A DNA stretch of 64,000 nucleotides from an uncultured SAR86 cluster bacterium (GTDB lineage: Bacteria > Pseudomonadota > Gammaproteobacteria > Magnimaribacterales > D2472). The notes beneath the pieces are model-generated. The model did no database searches, had not been told where the DNA came from, and worked only from the letters and a program-made list of their open reading frames with translations. Position 1 is the first letter of the stretch. Each line of letters opens with the position of its first letter. Where the stretch lies: NCBI GenBank assembly GCA_902560315.1, contig CACELG010000003.1:36306-100305 (forward strand), read 5' to 3'. Positions 1 through 9,909 of the stretch are shown piece after piece. Made by a program: the position numbers and the translations under genes.

Positions 1-750
1 GTAATCTAAGTAATGTTTACATGATTGGATTAAGGATTTAATAGGATATTTATTATTTATAGGAACTATTTCATTTCTTAGTTTGTCTTCTGCTGCATGG
101 AGAGATATAGCTAGAGAAACATCTATATCCTTCGGTAATTTATTTATATTAGGGACTATACCTGAAGTACTTATTGTTATTCTTTTTCTTGATAATCCAT
201 ATGAAAGCTGGTCTTTCATTATTTTTGCAGATTCAATAACAGCATCATAATTCAATAAAGGCTCTCCCATACCCATAAAAACTACATTGGTAATAGGTTT
301 TGAATTGTTTTTATAAAAATTAGCCAACCAAAGTTGCCCAATTATCTCATGACTTTCAAGATTTTGATCAAATCCTTGTGCTCCAGTAGCGCAGAAAGTA
401 CATTGAAGTGCACAACCTGCCTGAGATGATACACATAAAGTTTTCCTATTTTTTTCTGGAATTACAACCATCTCTATCATTGATCCAGATTTAAGTTGAA
501 TAAGATATTTAATTGTTCCCTCTTCTGATATATGTTCTTGATAAATTTTTGGTGGTTCTATTAATGCAACAGATAATAATTTTTGTCTTAAATCTTTATT
601 GAAATCTGTCATCAAATTAAAATCTAGTACGCCTTTTTGATGTATCCATTTTAATAATTGTTTTGCTCTAAATTTTGGTTCTTGTAGGTTAATAAAAAAA
701 CCTTCAAGGGACTCTAATGAGTAACCTAAAAGATTTCTTTTTTCAGACAA
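1..750 (-). CDS. rlmN: 23S rRNA/tRNA m2A methyltransferase RlmN (runs off the window edge)
   Basis: Manual translation from TTG at 750: MSEKRNLLGYSLESL...KFRAKQLLKWIHQKG. Contains the radical-SAM motif GCALQCTFC and MGMGEP. Follows ndk as in other Gammaproteobacteria. Confidence 0.95.
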   Translation of the reverse strand, partial: MSEKRNLLGYSLESLEGFFINLQEPKFRAKQLLKWIHQKGVLDFNLMTDFNKDLRQKLLSVALIEPPKIYQEHISEEGTIKYLIQLKSGSMIEMVVIPEKNRKTLCVSSQAGCALQCTFCATGAQGFDQNLESHEIIGQLWLANFYKNNSKPITNVVFMGMGEPLLNYDAVIESAKIMKDQLSYGLSRKRITISTSGIVPNINKLPKDIDVSLAISLHAAEDKLRNEIVPINNKYPIKSLIQSCKHYLDY

Positions 751-751
751 C

Positions 752-1177
752 TTACTTATTCAATATTTCTTCAGATGAGAAGAAATATTCAATCTCCCTT
801 TTAGCACTCTCAATTGAATCAGATCCATGAACTGCATTAGCATCAATGCTTTTTGCAAAATCTGCTCTTATTGTTCCTGGATTAGCATCTTGTGGATTTG
901 TTGTGCCCATAAGATCCCTATTTTTCTGGACTGCATTTTCTCCTTCAAGAACTTGAACAAATACAGGTCCTGAGGTCATAAATTTTTTTAAGTCATTAAA
1001 GAATGGCTTACCATCATGCTCAGCATAAAAGCCAGAAGCCAATTCATCAGTTAAATGAATTAGTTTGCCAGCAACTAAATAAAGATTATTATCTTCAAAT
1101 CTTGAAATTATTTTACCAATAACATTTTTACCAACTGCATCAGGTTTAATAATAGATAGTGTTCGTTCAATAGCCAT
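752..1177 (-). CDS. ndk: Nucleoside diphosphate kinase
   Basis: [19 protein letters not shown], active-site NAVHGSDS. Confidence 0.98.
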   Translation of the reverse strand: MAIERTLSIIKPDAVGKNVIGKIISRFEDNNLYLVAGKLIHLTDELASGFYAEHDGKPFFNDLKKFMTSGPVFVQVLEGENAVQKNRDLMGTTNPQDANPGTIRADFAKSIDANAVHGSDSIESAKREIEYFFSSEEILNK

Positions 1178-1214
1178 AGTATTATCTCAAAATTTAGTCG
1201 CTATTATATTAGAG

Positions 1215-1418
1215 TTATTGGTATTCTTCTATCCAATGCATCTGAATAGCTTCAAGTATTTTTTCATTAGATTTAGAAGGATCTCCACTAAAATCGCTCA
1301 ATTCACATACTTTTTTATGTAAATCTGGGAAACTAATCCATTGAGGATCAATTTCTGGAAATTTATCGTTAAGCTCAATAGCTATTTCTAATACATCCAG
1401 CCAATCAAGATTATTCAT
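1215..1418 (-). CDS. iscX: Fe-S cluster assembly protein IscX
   Basis: W.D..EIA..L....PEIDP..I.F.DL...SNEKILEAIQ..W; last gene of the isc cluster. Confidence 0.95.
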   Translation of the reverse strand: MNNLDWLDVLEIAIELNDKFPEIDPQWISFPDLHKKVCELSDFSGDPSKSNEKILEAIQMHWIEEYQ

Positions 1419-1759
1419 TAGTGATCTTCCGAAACCATATTTATATTATATTTTGGTAATTCAATTTCGATTTCTTCATCCTCTGGGGGAATTGCTTGAC
1501 AGCTTAATCTTGATGTTTGTTCTAGCCCCCATGCCTTATCAAGTAAATCCTCCTCAATATCACTTGCTTCGGCTAAGGTCTCAAAACCCTTTCTTACAAT
1601 GCAATGACAGGTGGTACACGCAGCAGACATTTCGCATGCATGTTCAATCTTAATATTGTTTCTCAAAGCAGCTTCGCAAATCGTTTCTTTTGGTAAAGAT
1701 TCTATTTCAGCACCATTGGGGCATATTTCCTCATGAGGCCATATTTTTATCTTAGCCAT
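1418..1759 (-). CDS. fdx: ISC-type 2Fe-2S ferredoxin
   Basis: IEHACEMSAACTTCHC, LDKAWGL, SRLSCQ. Confidence 0.97.
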   Translation of the reverse strand: MAKIKIWPHEEICPNGAEIESLPKETICEAALRNNIKIEHACEMSAACTTCHCIVRKGFETLAEASDIEEDLLDKAWGLEQTSRLSCQAIPPEDEEIEIELPKYNINMVSEDH

Positions 1760-1762
1760 GAT

Positions 1763-2104
1763 TTAAAGAGTGAAACTTTCGCCACAGCCACATACAGCTT
1801 TAGCATTAGGATTTACAAATTTAATACCTTTATTTAGACCATCATCAGTGTAATCAATCAAGCTACCTTTTAAAAAAGAAAGACTATTGGAGTCAACAAA
1901 GATCTTGCATCCACTAACTTCAAAGGTTTTATAATCATCAATAACTTCATCAACAAAATCAAAAGTATATTCATAACCGGAACAGCCAGCCTCTTTAATA
2001 CCTAATTTAATACCTTCACCTTTTCCTCTTTGTTTTAAAACATTTTTAAAATGTGAGATAGCGCTATTTGAAAAATTTAAATCTGTAGAATTAAAAGTTT
2101 CCAT
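1763..2104 (-). CDS. iscA: A-type Fe-S carrier IscA
   Basis: GCSGYEY and NPNAKAVCGCGESF; isc context. Confidence 0.93.
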   Translation of the reverse strand: METFNSTDLNFSNSAISHFKNVLKQRGKGEGIKLGIKEAGCSGYEYTFDFVDEVIDDYKTFEVSGCKIFVDSNSLSFLKGSLIDYTDDGLNKGIKFVNPNAKAVCGCGESFTL

Positions 2105-2107
2105 AAT

Positions 2108-2512
2108 TTATTGTTTTGTTTCGTAATCTTCTATTGCTTGTTTTATTGAGTCCTCAGCAAGTACTGAACAATGAATCTTAATAGGTGGTAATTCCAACGC
2201 CTCCACAATTTCAATATTTTTAATTGCTTTAGCTTCTTCGAGTGTTTTACCAATTAACATTTCAACCAATTCACTTGATGAAGCAATTGCAGAACCGCAT
2301 CCGTAAGTTTTAAATTTAACATCTTTTATAACATGCGTATTTCCTTTGGGTTCACACTTAATTTGAAGCTTCATTACATCTCCACAAGCAGGTGCTCCAA
2401 CCATTCCTGTACCAACATTTGAATCTTTCGGATCAAAACGCCCAACTTTAAAAGCCTCAGGGTTATTTAATGTATTTTCAAATTTATCAACTACTTTTTT
2501 ACTGTATGCCAT
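2108..2512 (-). CDS. iscU: Fe-S scaffold IscU
   Basis: GAPACGDVMKLQ, FKTYGCGSAIASSS, LPPIKIHCSVLAED. Confidence 0.97.
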   Translation of the reverse strand: MAYSKKVVDKFENTLNNPEAFKVGRFDPKDSNVGTGMVGAPACGDVMKLQIKCEPKGNTHVIKDVKFKTYGCGSAIASSSELVEMLIGKTLEEAKAIKNIEIVEALELPPIKIHCSVLAEDSIKQAIEDYETKQ

Positions 2513-2521
2513 TTCAATCTC

Positions 2522-3742
2522 CTAGTGTGCATTCCACTTAACCGTGTCAAGATCAATTCCATCGAGGTGCATTTCCCATAATGGTGATAGTTCTCTTAAT
2601 CTGTGAACAACATTGCCTAAAATATCTAATGTATCCTCAACATCATCATCGTTGGTAAATCTTCCGAATGAAAACCTAATAGAACTATGAGCTAATTCAT
2701 CTTTTCTTCCAAGAGCTCTCAAAACATAAGATGGCTCAAGACTTGCAGATGTGCATGCTGATCCTGAAGATACCGCTATATCTTTTAATCCCATAATTAA
2801 TGATTCACCTTCTACAAAATTAAAGCTAACATTTAAAATATTTGGTACTTTATTTTTAAGGTCACCATTAATATAAACATGGTCTATTTCTTTAACTTTT
2901 TCTAAAAACTTTTCGTGATATTTATATATTTTCTCATGATCCTTTTTCATTTCTTTGTTAGCTATCCTAAAAGCTTCTCCCATACCTACAATCTGATGTG
3001 TTGCAAGTGTGCCAGATCTCATTCCTCTTTCATGGCCTCCACCATGAATTAAGGCCTCTAATCTAACCCTAGGTTTTCTTCTAACATATAGAGCTCCGAT
3101 ACCTTTTGGTCCATATGTTTTATGAGCTGAAAAAGACATTAAGTCTATTGGCATTTTTTCTAAATCAATTTTAACTTTACCAGTACTTTGAGCAGCATCA
3201 ACATGAAAGAATGCGCCATGTTCTCTAGTAATTTCACCTATTTTTGCAATATCATTTAATGTTCCGAGTTCATTATTTATATGCATGATCGAAACAAGCA
3301 CTGTTGAGTCCTTTATTGCAGACTTAATAGCGCTAGGACTAACAACTCCTTTTTCATCTGGATCAAGATATGTAACCTCAAAACCTTCCCTTTCTAATTG
3401 CCTGCATGGATCTAGTACAGCTTTATGTTCAATTTTTGAAGTTATAATATGATTACCTTTAGACTTATAAAATCTAGCAACGCCTTTTATAGCTAAATTG
3501 TCTGCTTCAGTTGCACCGGAAGTCCAAACAATTTCTCTTGGATCACAATTTACTAAGTTTGCAACATGAGATCTTGCCTCTTCAACTGCCTCATCAGCTT
3601 TCCATCCAAATCTATGAGATCTTGATGCTGGGTTACCAAACTCACCTTCAGGAGTTAAAAATTCCATCATTTTGGTCGCAACTCTAGGGTCAACCGGTGT
3701 GGTCGATGCGTAATCTAAATAAATTGTAGATTGTGTGCTCAT
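2522..3742 (-). CDS. iscS: Cysteine desulfurase IscS
   Basis: [20 protein letters not shown] (PLP lysine), SSGSACTS. Confidence 0.98.
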   Translation of the reverse strand: MSTQSTIYLDYASTTPVDPRVATKMMEFLTPEGEFGNPASRSHRFGWKADEAVEEARSHVANLVNCDPREIVWTSGATEADNLAIKGVARFYKSKGNHIITSKIEHKAVLDPCRQLEREGFEVTYLDPDEKGVVSPSAIKSAIKDSTVLVSIMHINNELGTLNDIAKIGEITREHGAFFHVDAAQSTGKVKIDLEKMPIDLMSFSAHKTYGPKGIGALYVRRKPRVRLEALIHGGGHERGMRSGTLATHQIVGMGEAFRIANKEMKKDHEKIYKYHEKFLEKVKEIDHVYINGDLKNKVPNILNVSFNFVEGESLIMGLKDIAVSSGSACTSASLEPSYVLRALGRKDELAHSSIRFSFGRFTNDDDVEDTLDILGNVVHRLRELSPLWEMHLDGIDLDTVKWNAH

Positions 3743-4177
3743 CTAATTTATCTCTCTATAATTAATATATGGGCTGTCGCTTGATTCTACAAGGTTATTA
3801 ATCGTTATTTTTTCTAAATAATCTTCAACTAAAATATTCAAATCATGCCAGAGATCATGCGTGCTGCATTTCTTTCCATTATGACATGCTGAAGTACCAT
3901 TACATTTAGTTGCATCAAGAACTTCGTCAACCGCATGCATTACTTCTTTAATAGAAATGTTAGAAGGATTTTTGGCATAGGTGTAACCACCATTCCTGCC
4001 TCTAATGCTCTTTACAATACCTGCAATTCTTAACTTTCTAAATAATTGCTCAAGGTAGTTTAATTCAATATTTTGATTAGTAGCTATATCACTCAAAGAA
4101 ACGGGTCCAGAGGATTCTAAAATGCTTAATTCAATAAGAGCGCTTACAGCATATCTGCTTTTAGTAGTTAATTTCAC
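3743..4177 (-). CDS. iscR: Rrf2-family Fe-S regulator IscR (GTG start)
   Basis: [21 protein letters not shown], three Cys plus His (C-x5-C-x5-C-x2-H). Confidence 0.95.
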   Translation of the reverse strand: MKLTTKSRYAVSALIELSILESSGPVSLSDIATNQNIELNYLEQLFRKLRIAGIVKSIRGRNGGYTYAKNPSNISIKEVMHAVDEVLDATKCNGTSACHNGKKCSTHDLWHDLNILVEDYLEKITINNLVESSDSPYINYREIN

Positions 4178-4183
4178 GATTGG

Positions 4184-4211
4184 ATTATAAATACCTGACT
4201 AATTTAGTCAA
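4184..4211 (-). promoter_or_regulatory. Sigma70 promoter of the isc operon
   Basis: TTGACT (4211-4206), 16-nt spacer, TATAAT (4189-4184); 6 nt before the iscR GTG. Confidence 0.75.
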
Positions 4212-4215
4212 GTTT
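4191..4215. promoter_or_regulatory. IscR type-1 operator
   Basis: ATACCTGACTAATTTAGTCAAGTTT matches the type-1 consensus ATASYYGACTRWWWYAGTCRRSTAT at 24/25 positions; immediately upstream of iscR. Confidence 0.9.
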
Positions 4216-4924
4216 CTATATTCATACCTAATCTATCTGCTACTTGGTGATAGGATTCAACAACATCTCCAAGACCTTGTCTAAATCGATCCTTGTCCAT
4301 TTTTTTCATTGTTTTAGAATCCCATAATCTACATCCGTCCGGAGTAAATTCATCAGCAAGTAAGATTTTGTCTTTATGAACACCGTATTCAACTTTAAAG
4401 TCTACTAAAATTAAACCTGAGTCTAAAAATAACTTGGATAATATTTCATTAACTTTATAAGTTTGTTTTTTCATTTCTTGTATTTGCTCATTATTAGCCC
4501 AACCAAATGAAATTATGTGCTCGTCATTAATAAGCGGATCTCCAAGATCATCATCTTTTAAAAAGAACTCAAATAAAGGATTTTCAAGAATTAAGCCATC
4601 TTCGGTACCAAGTCTTTTGCATATTGATCCAGAAGCTCTATTTCTAATAACACACTCGATGGGAAACATATCTAATTTATATACTAAAGAATCAGTGCTA
4701 TCTATTACTTCTATTAAATGAGTCTCAACACCATTACTCTTTAAATGATCCATTATAAAAGCATTGAATTGATTGTTTACTGCTCCTTTACCAAGAAGAG
4801 CTTCTTTCTTTTTACCATCAAAAGCAGAAGTATCGTCGCTAAAATGCATTACTAAATAATCATTATTATCTGTGGTAAACATTGATTTTGCTTTGCCTTT
4901 GGTTATTTCATTTATTTTTTTCAT
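4208..4924 (-). CDS. purC: SAICAR synthetase
   Basis: GKAK, F.DD.SAF.G, LVDFKVEYG, LADEFTPDGCRLWD, DKDRFR. Confidence 0.97.
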   Translation of the reverse strand: MKKINEITKGKAKSMFTTDNNDYLVMHFSDDTSAFDGKKKEALLGKGAVNNQFNAFIMDHLKSNGVETHLIEVIDSTDSLVYKLDMFPIECVIRNRASGSICKRLGTEDGLILENPLFEFFLKDDDLGDPLINDEHIISFGWANNEQIQEMKKQTYKVNEILSKLFLDSGLILVDFKVEYGVHKDKILLADEFTPDGCRLWDSKTMKKMDKDRFRQGLGDVVESYHQVADRLGMNIET

Positions 4925-5910
4925 TAGCTTAGTGATTCATTAATTTTTGACAATAACTTTTCTGACTCCTCAATATTACCATCTTTTGATATTGCTCTTA
5001 CAAATGTTTTATTATCTTCTTGTGTTATTGTGATTTCAAATTCTGAACCTTCACCAAAGTCTACATTTAATGAATTGTTATCAGCATTTCTGCCACCAAA
5101 AAGCCTAAATAGTCTTCTTTCTTGTTCTTTTGCATAACTCACAAAAAATATACCTTTACTTCGATCTCTGTCATTAGTTACTATTTCTGCTGCACTTAAT
5201 GCTTTACTCACTGAAGACCAAGCACGGTCAAAATTTAAGTCTAGTGCTATAACTGTCATCCCATTCTCAGAAAAAATATTAGCTTTTTTCATTTCATTGA
5301 GATTTTGAGCGGCTAATGAAGTTCCTGAAAAGTTACTTAAAGAATCAGCATAATAATCAATCATTTTTTCCATTTCATTTTGAATAAATTCTGGGTCGCT
5401 TTCAATATCACCAGAAGAATTATTAATTTTATATAAAAATATTTCTGTTGAAGCTTCTTTAATTCCGTGCTCAACTCTCATTTGCAATTTTGATTTTTGA
5501 TCAAAATCGATATCTATCTCTCCAGTAACTGGATTAGCATTAATTACATCATATGTCGATGTATCCCAGTAGTTTTTAGATATTGGCCAAGAAGTAGAAG
5601 GCAAAGTTTCAATGTAAATCCACATCAACTCTCCAAGTCTTCTTAATTGAACTGAACTATCTCCTGAAGAAGCAAAAATTTGTCTTGGTTTTGGAACTTC
5701 TAGCAAATTATCAATATCTTTTAAATCACTAACTGGATAATGATTCTCATTAACTGGTGAATCTAATTCATTTGGTATAGAGATATTTTCTGCAACTTCT
5801 TCTTCTAAAAAGTCATATTTTTTTTCTGGAAAGTAACCTTCTTTTCCCCCAAGAATAGAACATGATGAAATTATGAAAAGTAATAAAAAGAAAGAATATA
5901 TTTTAATCAT
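4924..5910 (-). CDS. bamC: Outer membrane protein assembly lipoprotein BamC (NlpB)
   Basis: Lipobox ISSC, RVEHGIK...EI, FDRAWSSV, DRDRSKG; lies between dapA and purC. Confidence 0.85.
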   Translation of the reverse strand: MIKIYSFFLLLFIISSCSILGGKEGYFPEKKYDFLEEEVAENISIPNELDSPVNENHYPVSDLKDIDNLLEVPKPRQIFASSGDSSVQLRRLGELMWIYIETLPSTSWPISKNYWDTSTYDVINANPVTGEIDIDFDQKSKLQMRVEHGIKEASTEIFLYKINNSSGDIESDPEFIQNEMEKMIDYYADSLSNFSGTSLAAQNLNEMKKANIFSENGMTVIALDLNFDRAWSSVSKALSAAEIVTNDRDRSKGIFFVSYAKEQERRLFRLFGGRNADNNSLNVDFGEGSEFEITITQEDNKTFVRAISKDGNIEESEKLLSKINESLS

Positions 5911-6797
5911 AGTAATTCTAATTTTAGCATTTCATTTATAGTATTTTCTTGATATTTTGTATCAAGCTCGAGTAAAGGTGATCTTATTGAATTTTTGATT
6001 AATCCCATTTTATATATCATCCATTTAACAGGAATTGGATTTGATTCTATAAATAAAAGTTCGTATAAATTTGAAAGTTTTTTATCTAATATTATTGCCT
6101 CACTATTTCTGCCTTCCACTACAAAAGAGCATATTCTTGATATATCATTAGGTACAACATTTGCAGCAACTGAAATAACGCCATCTCCACCTTTTTCTAG
6201 TAAAGAAAGAAATGTTGGATCATCTCCTGAAAATAATAAAAAATTTTTATTTTCAGATGATATTTCAATTAATTCATTTATTCTTTCTTCACTGCCGATA
6301 GCCTCTTTGATTCCTATTATATTGTTATGTTCTGATAGAACTTTAACTGAAGATGGCAATAAATCACATGCAGTCCTGGATGGGACATTGTAAAGAATTT
6401 GTGGGATATCGACCTCATCAGCAAGTTTTGTATAGTGATTTATAAGACCATTTTGATTAGGTTTATTGTAATAAGGTGTTACAAGCAAAGCATAATCAGC
6501 TCCAAGCTTTTTTGATTCTTCTGTTAAATCAATTGCTTCTGAAGTTGAGTTTGCACCCGTTCCAGCGATTACAGGTATTCTTGAATTAACATATTCCACA
6601 GTATGTTTGATAACATTTAAATGCTCTTCAACATCAAGCGTTGCTGATTCGCCAGTAGTTCCTACTGATACAATACCATTAGTACCTTCTTGAATATGCC
6701 AATCAACTAATTTTTCTAGTGAGTTATAGTCCACGTCTCCACCCTCTTCCATTGGAGTAACTAAAGCAACTAAACTTCCTTTTAAGGCTTGCATCAT
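5907..6797 (-). CDS. dapA: 4-hydroxy-tetrahydrodipicolinate synthase
   Basis: GTTGESATL, LYNVPSRT, GIKEA, ESNPIPVK. Confidence 0.98.
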   Translation of the reverse strand: MMQALKGSLVALVTPMEEGGDVDYNSLEKLVDWHIQEGTNGIVSVGTTGESATLDVEEHLNVIKHTVEYVNSRIPVIAGTGANSTSEAIDLTEESKKLGADYALLVTPYYNKPNQNGLINHYTKLADEVDIPQILYNVPSRTACDLLPSSVKVLSEHNNIIGIKEAIGSEERINELIEISSENKNFLLFSGDDPTFLSLLEKGGDGVISVAANVVPNDISRICSFVVEGRNSEAIILDKKLSNLYELLFIESNPIPVKWMIYKMGLIKNSIRSPLLELDTKYQENTINEMLKLELL

Positions 6798-6859
6798 TTC
6801 AAAAATAAGTAAAAATACGACTATACACTATTTTATTTTAAATTTATTAAAAGGAAAGT

Positions 6860-7327
6860 ATGGAAAAAAAACTGGAAGGGAAAAAATGTCCTATATTCAA
6901 AGGGGATTCTACAAGCAATAAAGTTATTTCTAATAAAGATTTTTTAGGTAAAAATTTAGTTATATATTTTTATCCAAAAGATAGTACTCCTGGATGTACA
7001 ACTGAAGGGCAAGATTTTAGAGATAATTACAAAAATTTTAAAAAGTTAAATACAGATATACTTGGAGTATCTCGTGATAGCGTTAAATCTCATGAAAATT
7101 TTAAACAAAAACAATCTTTCCCGTTTGAGCTATTGTCAGATCCAGAAGAAATAATGTGTAAAGCATTTGATGTTATGAAGCTTAAATCAATGTATGGAAA
7201 AGAATATATTGGAGTTGATAGATCAACATTCTTGATTTCCTCTGAAGGTAAGATAATTAAAGAATGGAGATCAGTTAAAGTTAAAGGTCATGTCGATGAA
7301 GTTCTTGATGAAGTTAAAAAACTTTAA
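6860..7327 (+). CDS. bcp: Peroxiredoxin Bcp
   Basis: YFYPKDSTPGCTTEG, RSTFLI. Confidence 0.95.
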   Translation: MEKKLEGKKCPIFKGDSTSNKVISNKDFLGKNLVIYFYPKDSTPGCTTEGQDFRDNYKNFKKLNTDILGVSRDSVKSHENFKQKQSFPFELLSDPEEIMCKAFDVMKLKSMYGKEYIGVDRSTFLISSEGKIIKEWRSVKVKGHVDEVLDEVKKL

Positions 7328-8373
7328 GATAAACCAGGCCAAGCATTCCAAACCGCTTTAATAAAAGTTGCTAATGGAATTGAAAAGAAAACTCCCCAAA
7401 AACCAAACATGCTACCAAAGATAAATACTGCAAGAATTATTATAATAGGATGTAATTTGACTGCTTCCGAAAATATAATTGGAACCAAAAGGTTTCCATC
7501 TAGAAATTGAAGTAATAGGTAGAGACCAATTAATAAATAAAATTGAGACCCTAAACCAAATTGTAACAACCCAATTATCACTATTGGAATCGTGATTGAA
7601 AATGCTCCAACATAAGGTATCAATACTGATAAGCCGACTAACACTGCCAATAGAGCTCCATAATTAAGCCCAAATGATGCAAATAAAATTGCAGCAGCTA
7701 TGCCAACAATAAATATTTCAAGAACTTTGCCTCTTACATAATTGCTTAATTGAACATCCATTTCAGACCATACTTGAGATAACATCGCCCTATCTCCAGG
7801 AATAATTTTCAAGATACCTTCAATAATATTTCTTCTATCAAATAAGAAAAAGTAAACTAGTATTGGAAATAAAATTATATATAAAAGAACTGTTATTGTG
7901 CTTTGTATTCCTGAAATTGACGATTTAACTATATTTTGAGTTATTGAATTAAGTTCGGATGATACGGCTTGAAAAAATACCGAAATTTGGTCTGAATTAA
8001 CCAAATCTGGAAATGTTGCAGGTATTGTAGATAAAAAGTTTAAAAATTCATTGAACAGTCTTGGAATATCGAGAACAAAAGATTGTAATTGAACATAAAG
8101 TAAGGGAATAAGCCATACAAACATAGCTGCACCAGTTATGATAAATATTGAAAAAGCTAAAATTGTTGCAAGATTATCTGGCACGTTATACGTTGCTATT
8201 TTTTTTTGTACCCCTACTAAAAGATATGCAACTATAATGCTAATGATAAATGGAGTTAAAACTCCAATAAATAAACTAAAAATAATTAAGGTAAGCAATA
8301 TGACTAAAGAGAACACAATTGTCTCTTCATTGCTAAAAATGCGTTTAAATATATTTGCTAAATGGTTAAACAT
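7324..8373 (-). CDS. perM: AI-2E family permease (PerM-like)
   Basis: Polytopic membrane protein; NYVRGK..EI, LIPYVG, LDGNLLVP..FSEAVKLHP. Confidence 0.88.
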   Translation of the reverse strand: MFNHLANIFKRIFSNEETIVFSLVILLTLIIFSLFIGVLTPFIISIIVAYLLVGVQKKIATYNVPDNLATILAFSIFIITGAAMFVWLIPLLYVQLQSFVLDIPRLFNEFLNFLSTIPATFPDLVNSDQISVFFQAVSSELNSITQNIVKSSISGIQSTITVLLYIILFPILVYFFLFDRRNIIEGILKIIPGDRAMLSQVWSEMDVQLSNYVRGKVLEIFIVGIAAAILFASFGLNYGALLAVLVGLSVLIPYVGAFSITIPIVIIGLLQFGLGSQFYLLIGLYLLLQFLDGNLLVPIIFSEAVKLHPIIIILAVFIFGSMFGFWGVFFSIPLATFIKAVWNAWPGLS

Positions 8374-8472
8374 ATAATCTTAAGGACATTATATATAAGA
8401 TTTAGGTAAAAAATATTAAACTTTTTCTTTGTTTTGATGTTCTAAATATAAATTTTAGTTATTATTTTTCTA

Positions 8473-9909
8473 ATGAAGATTGTTTTTTTATACATATTTA
8501 CATCATTATTTATAATGAATTTGTTTTCATTGGATGAAGAAGTAAATGAATTAACTCTCCCTGAGCTAGGTGATAGAGTTTCTGGAGCGGTTTCATCCTC
8601 TGAAGAAAAAGCTATTGGAGAAATGTTTTTAAAACAAGTCTACTCTCAAGCTCCATTAATTACTGATCCTCTACTTTTTGAATATACGGAGCACCTCTTA
8701 TATAGATTATCCGAATACAGTCAAGTTAATGATAGATATTTTACTATTCTATTAATTGATGATGATTCATTAAATGCGTTTGCCGCACCTGGAGGTATTA
8801 TTGGAATTAATGGTGGTCTTTTTTTATATTCAGATAATGAAGGACAGTTTGCATCTGTGCTGGCTCATGAATTAGCTCATTTAAGTCAAAGGCATTTTGC
8901 TAGAAATGTTCTTAAATCACAAGAAAGTAATCTTGCCTCTGCGCTAGTAATGGTTTCATCTATCGCTATTGCACTTATTAGTAATAATCCTAATGCTATG
9001 GCTTTGGGTCCTGCAATTCTTCAGTCTCAGAGTCTTAGATATAGCAGGCTTTTTGAAAAAGAAGCTGATAGAGTTGGTTTTGCAAATTTAGTAAATGCTG
9101 GATATAACCCCGACTCAATGGGAGAAATGTTTGAAAATATGAATGAACTTAGAAGATTATCTGGTGATTTACCTCCTGAGTTTTTACTCACTCATCCGTT
9201 GTCTTCCTCTAGAATAAGTGATGCGTTTAATGCATCTGAAAATTTATCAAAAGAAGGTACAAAAAAAGATTCTCTAGAATTCTCTTTAATGAAAACAAGA
9301 TTAGAGATTTACTATGAAAGCATCCCCTCAAATTCACTCAGAGAATTTAAAACAAGAGTTGAAAAAGATCCAGTAGACAAAAATATATATGGATTAGCTT
9401 TGGCTTATAAAAAAAATAATAAATATGAAGAAAGCATAGAATTAATCGATGGTCTTATTAATTCTTACCCAAAAAATTTAGTTCTTAACAACACAAAAAT
9501 TGACATTTTATTAGAGTCTGGAGAGTATAAAAAAGCCCTAAATCTCGTAAATAAATTTCTAGACATCTCGCCTCGTAATTATCCTCTATCAATTTCTAAA
9601 TCAAAAATTTTATTATCATTAAATAGATATTTTGAATCTGAAGAAATTATTAGAGATCAGCTACTAAGAAAAAATAGCAATCCTGAGCTTTGGTTTCTTT
9701 TATCTGAGATTCAAAGAAGCAGTAAAAATATCATTGGTTATCATCAAAGTAGAGCTGAATACTTCCTTCTTTTGGGTCAAAATGAAAGAGCATTAAATCA
9801 GTTAGAATTTGCATTGAAGTTAACTAAGAATAATTTTCAAGTTTCTGAAAGAATAATGACAAAAATAATTGAAATCAAAGAAGATATTAATCAGTCTAGA
9901 GGCCTTTAA
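8473..9909 (+). CDS. bepA: M48 metalloprotease/chaperone BepA (YfgC) with TPRs
   Basis: LPELG, NAFAAPGG, HELAH, EKEADRVG, PPEFLLTHP, C-terminal TPR-like helices. Confidence 0.92.
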   Translation: MKIVFLYIFTSLFIMNLFSLDEEVNELTLPELGDRVSGAVSSSEEKAIGEMFLKQVYSQAPLITDPLLFEYTEHLLYRLSEYSQVNDRYFTILLIDDDSLNAFAAPGGIIGINGGLFLYSDNEGQFASVLAHELAHLSQRHFARNVLKSQESNLASALVMVSSIAIALISNNPNAMALGPAILQSQSLRYSRLFEKEADRVGFANLVNAGYNPDSMGEMFENMNELRRLSGDLPPEFLLTHPLSSSRISDAFNASENLSKEGTKKDSLEFSLMKTRLEIYYESIPSNSLREFKTRVEKDPVDKNIYGLALAYKKNNKYEESIELIDGLINSYPKNLVLNNTKIDILLESGEYKKALNLVNKFLDISPRNYPLSISKSKILLSLNRYFESEEIIRDQLLRKNSNPELWFLLSEIQRSSKNIIGYHQSRAEYFLLLGQNERALNQLEFALKLTKNNFQVSERIMTKIIEIKEDINQSRGL

